A DNA stretch of 64,000 nucleotides, taken from NCBI GenBank assembly GCA_045837725.1, contig JBEWZL010000239.1:1-64000 (forward strand), written 5' to 3'. A program made the position numbers and the translations under genes. This document shows positions 51,919-61,547 of the stretch, piece after piece (position 1 is the first letter of the stretch; every line of letters begins with the position of its first letter). Origin of the DNA: Vermamoeba vermiformis. Its lineage: Eukaryota. The notes under the pieces are model-generated. The model ran no database searches. It saw nothing but the letters and a program-made list of their open reading frames with translations, and was not told the DNA's origin.

Positions 51919-54900
51919 TTATTTAGGAATGTAATTCATCAAGTAGAGCGAGTTATAATCAACAGTCTTCATATCAATGTACTCTACTCGCTGCCACATG
52001 TCCAAATAGTTGTCGTAAAACTTTGAAAACGGGTTGCCGTTCTGGCCAATCGGATGAATGAACTTTGAGTTGTTAAAGTTGCCAAGATCTGCAAAAAAAG
52101 ATCAGCGAACAGCTCGCACAACATCATTAACTATGCTTATCTTACCGATAATCTGTCTGTAGCTAGGACCACCGTCCATCGACAAGTCACTCGCGAACGG
52201 ACCAACATTTACAGTCCAAAAATCACCGCCCGCAGGTACTCTGCAATATCGTTTAATAACCTACTTATGTAACTGATATGCAGTACTTACGATCTATCAA
52301 ATATGCAGCCAACAGGTGTCTCAGTCATTACACGATGAGGGAACACCGCTTGATGCACTTCACCCCAGGTCCTTGGTCTGTCAACTTCGCGGTTGAGTGC
52401 GAGGTTCTTGAGCGTGCTCACGAATGTCTATTGAAGTAACGTCAGTACGCGGCATAGGATTACGTCTACAAGGCCGTACTCTGTTAAGAATTGCCATATA
52501 CGTGTCACGGTTATTAGTGCTCTCGTACAAGTTGTGGTTCAAAATTTGAATCAGACCCATGATATTTGGCGTCGAGGTCCAGTTCTTCTCGGCGGCCACT
52601 GCTTGCTCGAGCTCTAGCAGCCACTTGACATAGATGTGCGCCTAGCAATAGGTGTCAAGAACTGCCTCATGGAAAGCACTCGAGCCTTGCTTACCTCAAC
52701 GGAGTCAGTGCGCATCACGCCGTCCCATTCAAGCATTAAGGCACGGAAATAGATGTACACGCGATCTTGATTGTTTTGTGCTGTGGTCAGATACTTGCGC
52801 AAGTGATTGTAGTACACCAAACTGCAACACGAATGAGATACTGCAGACAAAAAAAATGACACTTACCTCTTGACGTCAGCTTGTATTTCGATCATGTGCT
52901 CGACGGTCATATTGACAGCCTTCTCTTCGATCATCTCGACGATTCTCTTGGCTCTGAAAGGCTCTTCCCAATCGCTGTCGTACAAGATGGAGTACGGATA
53001 CGTTACAGGTGCTACCTTGTTGTTTGCCGAGGCAACATAGCCTTGTTTAGGATTCAAGACGGAAGGCAAGTCCTCGAACGGAATGTAACCCTACATGGCA
53101 TTATCAATGTATGCTCCCAGAATGCCGACAGTGTTGTACTTACCATCCAGTCGTAGTGACCATTACCAGGCATGGGATAAGCACCTGTGTGTTCCGCAGT
53201 ACGAATCGGAATCATGCCAGTGGCTTGATAACCGATGTTGCCCTGTTGCACGTGTCAACTTGGTACGTTGTCTTCCAGCTTAACCTTACCTCAACATCAG
53301 CGTAAACAAAATTTTGAGCAGGAATGATAAATTTTGCTGCTGCCGCTCGGAATTCGGTCCAGTTCTTGGCCTTGTTGACGTCATAGAAGGCCTCGAGACT
53401 ATTACGCAGGTATTATTAATAATCATCGACACCCTGATGTTAATCCGATCTTACGTAGTGTCGCGCTCGTGAGCCACAGTCCATCGCAAAGCCAATGGTC
53501 CGTGAAGTCTGCTGTCGTAGAACTCTGACATGATGGGTCCATAGATGGTCTTCTTGACAGTGTACGTTACATTGACCACCTACATCCACGGTAAGTGCCA
53601 AAAACCATGCGTGACTAGTTAAAACTTACTTTGCCGCCGTCTTTAACCGCAATGGTGTACGTTTGGAATTCATAGTCCTTCTTGGTACCATTGTGACGGT
53701 ATGAAGTCTGATCAATTTCATCGATAATGTACAGATCTGTTGTGAACTGTGAGCCACAGAATGAGCGATAGCTAACTGAATGCACGTACCTTGCACATCA
53801 GCACCAACGTTCGTTGTGCCCCATGCGATATAATCATTGTGACCCAAGACGACACCAGGAGTAGCTGTGCACCAAAGTTAATTTTTATAAGGAATGTAGT
53901 GATGGTTGTTATTACCTGGGAATGTAGCGCCAATGTTGCTCGAAGTTGGACTTTGGAGGTGGATCATGATCCAGATCGAAGGCACCTCGAATTCCAAATG
54001 AGGATCATTGCACAAGATTGGTTTGCCCGACAAAGTTCTGTTGCCAGAGATAACCCAATTGTTCGAAGCCTTCAATTTGATATTATAGCCTGTGTATTTC
54101 TTCAACAAGTCAATGATGTTGATGTTTTCGTTCGTCGATGATTGGCTGTTAGACTTCTTCGCACTTTTGAAGAAATCTTCGTAAATTGCCTCAATTCCTG
54201 AGTCGCCCTTCGCTTCGGCATTGCGCTTTCCTTCAATTTTGAAGTCTTCAGATTGCACGATCGTAGGCTCGTCAAGCGGATAATGTGGTGCTTGAGCCAA
54301 GATATCAGCTTCAGTCATTTGGTCAACGGTGAGTTTGATGTATCTTGCGATCTCTCTGTTGACATTTTCTACGCAAATAGATCAGTCTAAGCTCGGCGTT
54401 GCTTTGACTTAAAACATACCTGATAGACCCACGGACATCACTTTACCCCAGATCATCACATCGAGTGGCTCCCATAACCCAGGCTTGGTGCCAATCAATC
54501 GGAACTCAGGCGGTAGATCAGGATTGGTTTTGATATATGCGTTAATACCCTGAAGTTGGATCAGTTGGCATGTTGCGTTATCTATGAACGGTACTTACGT
54601 CGCAATAAGCTTGCAATACATCGCGAGTATCTTGTCGCAGTATTTTCAACGACTCGCTAGCAGCTTTCTGAACGCCAATAGCTAAGAAAAACTTATCAAT
54701 GTTGAGTGTGGCATTGCCAAGGACTTCAGAGAGCTTGCTACGGCCCAATCGTCGAGTAAACTCTAATTGCCATAGTCGTTCCTTCAAATTTTAAAGTTAA
54801 TCGGAGGTTAAAAGTACGACACCGAGGCAAAAAAATAAAGAGCGAAATTTCATAATTTCCCGAGGTTAAGTTCGTCAAGCGTTTCAATGGGACTTACTAC

Positions 54901-55658
54901 GGCTACTACAGCCCCTTGGGTCATATATAAATCATGATCATTGTTAGCGACGATGTGGATCATGCCTAAAAGCAAAAAATTGTTAATTAGGCAGTTTGCG
55001 AAAAACAGAAAAATCGGTTAATAATTTAGAACTCTGTATCTTATTGTATGTCGTTGTATTCAATATGGAAGATTATTAGTATATTTTTACCATTAATTTC
55101 TCGATAGACTTGAACTTTTTCTTGAAGTCCTTCTAATTTAAAGCTTCCAGTAATCTTGGGCACCGATGAATAGCTAAGGAAAATGGCCGACAGAATTACC
55201 AACACTGCCAAGCTAAGTATTGTAAGGAAATGAAGGATCCAGCTTGGATGGAAACGAGGACACTTCCATTTTCCTTTCAGCACAGCTTGGAATTGGGACA
55301 ATTCCAGCTCCTCGTCATCTTCTTCGGCCGACATTGTGTGGAGCGAGTCATTGTAGGGATCCCATTCGTTCTCCGGATGTTTCAGTTCCACAGTTTCTAG
55401 ATCCTTCGTTACAGGAGTTGCATGTAATTGATACCTCCTCGAAAGGAAGTACCAAGATGAAAGGGCGAACATAATAACGGATACGCCTCCCAAGACTGTC
55501 AATAAAGCGAACGAATCCACGCAGTTACGACAGCCAACAAGAACATTAAAAGCGTAGACCAAATTAATGATTCCTACCATGGCTATAGCCAAGCAAAAAA
55601 TGGCTATCGACCACTTCGTGCATGGCCGCTTAACGTAAGAGCTGTGTTCGTCCTTCAT
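51919..55658 (-). CDS. Penicillin acylase / acyl-homoserine-lactone acylase family Ntn-hydrolase with N-terminal TM segments
   Basis: ERLWQLEFTRR, nucleophile SNNWVISGNRTLSGKPILCNDPHL, GHNDYIAWGTTN, QNFVYADV, GYVASANNK, GPSYRQI, GQNGNPFS. Confidence 0.93.
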
Positions 55659-55764
55659 TTCAAAATAAATAAATAAAATCGGATCCAAAATTAAACGGTC
55701 TTTGCCAATTTGGTGCGGACTTTGGTGCACAACAGATTGTTTCATGAACCAAGGTTTATACTTT

Positions 55765-57611
55765 TTACAGGTCAGCAAAGAATTTGCCAAGGGGAGTGTT
55801 ATTCAGCTTTTCTTTCTTTGACTTTTTGTTCGAAGGCTTTTCGCTCACGCTCTCATCCTCCTCGTCAGCTTTCTTCCTTTTAACTCCCTTCTTCGGTGCG
55901 TCACTGAAACTCTCTTCCTCAATCTTGTTCTTCTTTGTCGGGTGCTTAACATTCGTGTTGTTCTCTTCTGAGTCGTCTTCCTCGTCTTCTTCGGCGTCGT
56001 TTTCTTCATTATCATCACCTTCTGCGTCATTTTCTTCATCCTCGCCATCATTTTCATCGCCTTCTGCATTATCTTGCTCACTGCCTTCGCCACTGAACTC
56101 TTCGTCGCTATCTCCTTCGCCTTCTTCGTCCTCCTCGTCAAGTTCGCCCAAGAATTCAATTCCCCAGAACTTGAGCGTTGACTCGTTCGGACAACTTGCC
56201 AAGAACTTGCGATCGTGCGACATGGCTAATTTATCAACAGGATAGTCATCGTGCTGACCAACGACACCTAGCAGTTTGTTTGGGTGAATGGTTACAACTC
56301 GAATCAGACCGTCCGCGGAGCCCGTAAGAATCGTGTCGTCGTCGTATTTGATGATCTTGTCCACAGAATCAGGATGGCCAGTGAATCGATCAGTAACGTC
56401 ACCCCAATCTCCCCACGACCAGATCCACAAACAGCCAGTCTGTCCTCCTGTGATAGCCTTCTTTCCATTCTGTATAATGTAAGAACACTGCACTTTGCAA
56501 AGAATGGACTAAACATTACCTTTACAATGACGCAGTTGAGTAATTCGTCCTCCATGTTGTCAGACAATGCTTCCAACTTGCCTTTTCTGTAGCTGAACAC
56601 AGCGAGCGTGCCATCACCACTAACGATACATTAGTAAGAAAATGGCATTGCTAATAAGTCCGTACCTTGGTGCGAGGAGAATTCGCTTTGTGTGATTGTA
56701 AGCGAAGTCAGAAATGTACTCCGTGTTCTCCTTCCATTCAAAGACTGTGCCCTTCTTTCTCATGTCCCAGACCTATTAGACGATTAACGTCGCTTTTCCT
56801 AAAAACTCGTTATGCGCGATAATTACCTTTACGACTCCGTCATCATCCCCGGTGAACACAAACTGCTCGGCACATCCAACACAATTGATCGCAGTCCTAC
56901 AAGTCATTAGATTTCATTTATAAGATTTTTTATCGCATACTTGTGTGCTTTATCGACTTCGTAAAACGATTTTGAGGTCTCCACGTCGGTAACTTTAAGA
57001 GCTCTATCGCTAGACACCGTATACAGATCTGGATCGCGATCGAGAAAATTAGTGGATTGAAAATTAGCAGTATTGACGTGATATCTAATCACTTACGGGT
57101 TCCTGCGTCATTGAACTTCATATCGCGGAGAGATTTGTCGTGCAAGGATAAATTCCATAGCTCTTTGTTCGAATCCAAGCCGTATTCATATCTATAATTA
57201 TTGTTTTCATCAGCTATTGGTTTAAAATAATATTTGATTATAAAGGCATCGTGGATCACTAAAATTCTAATTTTCTCTATTTTTGAACGATTTTTCTGAC
57301 GTCGATCTTGGAAGATCAGTGCTGATCTCCTACTTCAAAACAATTGAAATCAATAACAAATATAATGCTTACAAAGCCACAACTCCGTCCATAAGACCGC
57401 AGGCAATCTTGTCCGATGCGTTATGAAACTCCATTGTTACAATCGGCGAATCGAAAGTTATCATATTTGGAGTAGGCTCCTCGTCGTCGCCCTCCTCCAA
57501 TACCTCTCCTTCCTTGTTTTCAGCATCCTGATCCACATCTGCTCCTTGATCTTGTTCTTGATCTTCGCTATTATAACTGGAAGAAGATAAGCTTTCCTCG
57601 TCACTGCTCAT
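55765..57611 (-). CDS. WDR55: WD repeat-containing protein 55 (JIP5-like ribosome biogenesis factor)
   Basis: TGDDDGVVKVWDMR, EYISDF, SDNMEDELL, WSWGDWGDVTDRFTGHP, GSADGLIR; acidic tail ending FFADL. Confidence 0.9.
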
Positions 57612-57756
57612 GATGTTTGTGGTTACAGATACTATTAGTTTAATTATTATGAGCCGCGCTGGCAGTTGTTAGATTTTCTGCCCTGGTTAATGACGTCACA
57701 ATTTTCTTCGTGCTCTTCTTGTATTTCGTTTTGCACACCGCAACACAGAGCAACAA

Positions 57757-59696
57757 ATGCAACGCATTACCGCACTAGTTGTTGTCTTGGTAGCCCTGTT
57801 GGGTTATACCATTGCCACTCAAGAGCAAGCTCCGAAGTGGACTCCTCCAAGCCCTGCAACCAATCCAAACGTAGTCTTTGTAGAAACTTTTGATAATAAT
57901 TGGTCCGACCGATGGACAGTCTCTAAAGACCCCAAATTCACTGGTAAGAAAATTATTCAGCATTGAGAGAGGACACGTCATCTGGATCGATAATTATTTC
58001 CAATATTTTGAATTATTGGTATTAATTAAAATTTAGGTAAGTGGGAAGTTAGACAAGGAGACGCACCCTACGGCGTCGCTGGAAGTGAAGGCCTCGTTGT
58101 TTCCACACCCGCCGCTCATCACGGAATTGTTACTAAGTTCCCCAAGGTGTTGCACAATGAAAACAAAGACCTGGTCGTTCAGTAAGAGTGTCATAATAAT
58201 TATTTCTTTTTCTAATTTTTCGTAGATTCGAGTTCAGAAGCCAAAAGTTTTTGGATTGCGGGGGTGGATACATCAAGTTGTTGAGAGCCGACGCGGTACC
58301 CGAAAACCTCGAGAACTTCGCCGCTGATACTCCTTACACCATTATGTTTGGTCCTGATAAGTGTGGTTCCACCAACAAGGTTCGTTTTCTCAATTTTGAT
58401 TGAATATTCTTGCTGTACAAAAGTATTCTTTTGTGGCTCGCCAAACTGACTTACTGACTGTATTCCCAACCTCTTAGATTCACTTCATCTTCAACCACCA
58501 AAGCCCTGTCACCAAGAACTACGAAGAGAAGCACTTCATTGACGCTCCTCAATGGAAGAACGACAAGATGACTCACTTGTACACCCTCGAAGTTCGCAAG
58601 GACAACTCTGTCTTCTTGTACATCGACCGCGAGCTCGTTAAGAATGGCACCTTGCTCTCTTCCTTCAAGCCTCCTGTTAACCCTCCTAAGGAGATTGATG
58701 ACCCCACTGACTCTAAGCCCGCCGATTGGGTTGACGAAGAGACGTAAGTTACATGTTAGTTGATTGGCGCGAGTAATTACTAACTGGTGCGTAGTATTGC
58801 TGACCCCGAAGCCAAGAAGCCCGATGATTGGGATGAGGATGCACCCGCTGAGATTGATGACCCCAACGATAAGAAGCCTGAAGGCTGGTTGGACAACGAA
58901 CCCGCCGAAATCCCCGACCCTGAGGCTCAGAAGCCTGCTGACTGGAACGACGAAGAAGACGGTGAATGGGAGGCTGTTACTATTCCTAACCCTGAGTGCG
59001 AGGAAATCGGCTGCGGTGAATGGAAACCTGCCCGTATTGCCAACCCTGCCTACAAGGGCAAGTGGATTGCTCCTCGCATTCCCAACCCCGCTTACAAGGG
59101 TCCTTGGAAGGCTCGTCAAATCCCCAACCCCGAGTTCTTCGAGGACTTGCACCCTCACAACTTTTTGGATATTGGTGGTCTTGGTATTGAGTTGTGGACT
59201 GTCACTGACGGTCAAATGTTCTCCAACATCATCATTACTCATGATAAGGCTATTGCCGACGAGTTCGCCGAGCACACTTTTGTTCCAAGACACGAGCAAG
59301 AGTTGAAGATCCTAGAGGAAGAGAACGCTGTAAGTTAGCTCGATGAACGTGTCGCTCGAGTCTGTGACTAACCTGTTTATGCAGAAAAACCAACCTAGCG
59401 CCGTCACTCAAGCCTTGACTTGGGTCACTAAGACCCTTGAATCCCTTCAACACAACCCTCTCGCTCTTGGTGGTGTCGGTGTTGCTCTTGGTGTCATCCC
59501 CGTTATCTTGTACTTCGCTTGCCGTAGCAGCAAATCTGATGAGCCTACTGGCGAAAGAATTGGCGAGAAGAAGGAAGAGAAGGAGACCAAGAAAGAGGAG
59601 GGGTCTAAGGACAAAAAAGAAGAAGACGACAAGGAAGTTAAAGAAGAGAAAAAGACTCCTGCCAAGTCAGGCACTCGTCGCCGCTTGGACAACTAA
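57757..59696 (+). CDS. CANX: Calnexin
   Basis: Signal peptide, [22 protein letters not shown], IxDPxxxKPxDW P-domain repeats, GEWKP...[10 protein letters not shown] segment and charged tail. Confidence 0.96.
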
Positions 59697-60277
59697 TGTC
59701 TGAATTTACCTTGTTAATAAAAACGATCTGATTTTAATTATTAATAACGGTTAATTTCGCAGTTGTGCGCCTTAGCTAAAGCAGTGTCGCTGTGTTGAAT
59801 TTTATATAGGGGTATGCACGTTTGAGTAATTATTAAGCGAAACGCTAAGCTTAACGTCTTGTGAGCGGATCATCCGCAACAACATCCGTTGTTACGTGTG
59901 ATAGCAATTATAACTGACCTACAAGTGACACCACCGTAGAAATAACCTTTTGTAGTGCTCGAGAAGATCATAAACGCGAAAGAAAGCCAAGGCGAGTTGT
60001 TTCTGATTTTGGGCAAAAAAACTGGCCAAAATCTTTGGGCCGAATTTTTCCACGACCGACTTTTTGCCTCTTGTTTCGTAATCCTTCCTTCCCTATCTTC
60101 GCACCAGAAGCACCAAAGGTGATTATCGTTACAACGTGGATTGACAATTAATAATTATAATAACGAGGATTATCGTAATTAACATGCAATCAACAATACT
60201 GCATCATTAATCTAACATCTAAAATAATTATAATTATCTAATAATTATTTTGGTTAGGTTTATCTTCACAATATAAA

Positions 60278-60954
60278 ATGGTTCGCATCGGAGTTTTGGC
60301 TGACTGCTTGAAGTCCATCACTAACGCTGAGAAGCGCGGCAAGCGCCAAGTTTTGATCAGACCCTCTTCCAAGGTCGTTATTAAATTCTTGCAAGTCATG
60401 CAAAAGCACGGTATGTATTATTAATGATTAATATGCATTAATGGCAGTAGGGACAATGAATATTGTCAAATTATAAAGACGACAGAAAAATATTTATTAA
60501 TTATTGAGGTCGAATCCCGTTATTAATTGTAATACTCAGGTTACATTGGCGAATTCGAAATTGTTGATGACCACAGATCCGGCAAAATTGTTGTTAACTT
60601 GCTCGGTCGTTTGAACAAGTGCGCCGTTATCAGCCCTCGCTTTGATATCAAGAAAGACGAGATGGAGAAGTGGGAAAACAACCTCTTGCCCTCCCGTCAA
60701 TTCGGTTTCCTCGTTTTGACTACCTCTTACGGCATTATGGACAACAAGGAAGCCCACAAGAGAGGCACTGGTGGCAAGGTAAGATCACATCCCAGATTAT
60801 TTTTCAATTTTATTTTGTTTAGCTGTTGAACTATCCTTTTACGATTATGATCGGCATTAATTGCCACCATTTGATGGCTTTTTTCTTCTACAAATATCTT
60901 GGACAATTTTTCTGACGATCTTTTTTCATCCAGATCCTTGGTTTCTTCTACTAA
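60278..60954 (+). CDS. RPS15A: 40S ribosomal protein S15a (uS8), 3 coding exons; probable 5'UTR intron ~60119-60257
   Basis: [33 protein letters not shown]...HGYIGEFE...[10 protein letters not shown]...GGKILGFFY*. Confidence 0.98.
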
Positions 60955-61547
60955 GCAGTCGATTGTGAAGTAAAGACCTAAAATAAAAAATGTATGAAAC
61001 GACCGAATAAATAACAAAAATTAAAAAAAAATCAGTTTGGATTATGCGTACGCCATCCACCCGTGCTTCTTTTACAAACAGATACAACATTCGAGTAAAC
61101 AATGAATCTTTTGTGCTGCACCATCGGCTCTCGGCCTGGGCTCTAGGATAGTGCGCAGCAACTGTAGCTAGGCACGTGGTCTGTCTTCTGGGAATTTCTC
61201 GTTCATCTGCTTTTGTTTGTTCAGGCTTTTGTTGCTTACCACAACTCTGAACGCAACGCTATTTATAATATAAAATGAGCGAGGATACTGCAGTGATTAG
61301 GACAGGTAATTATCCAGTCGGATTGACAACTTGCCAGGTTTTGGATCGATAAAAATTGACCAAACACTCTAAATAATATTATAAAAAATACTACTAGTTC
61401 ATGCATTGTGAGTTATTAATAAATTAGTTCTAATTTTGTTATTTTAAATTGTTATGGCGGGCATAATTTTAAAAATCAGAACTTGGCCTCATTTTACATT
61501 AATACTCACTATCTAATATGCTTGCTTATTTTTCAGATTTTCAATAA

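Noticed and set aside
60779-60933. Box C/D snoRNA in the last RPS15A intron
   Set aside because: A CTGA is present but there is no good RTGATGA box C or recognisable rRNA guide.
61120-61200. U2 snRNA-like start (ATCGGCTCTCGGCCT)
   Set aside because: Lacks the GTAGTA branch-pairing sequence and an Sm site.
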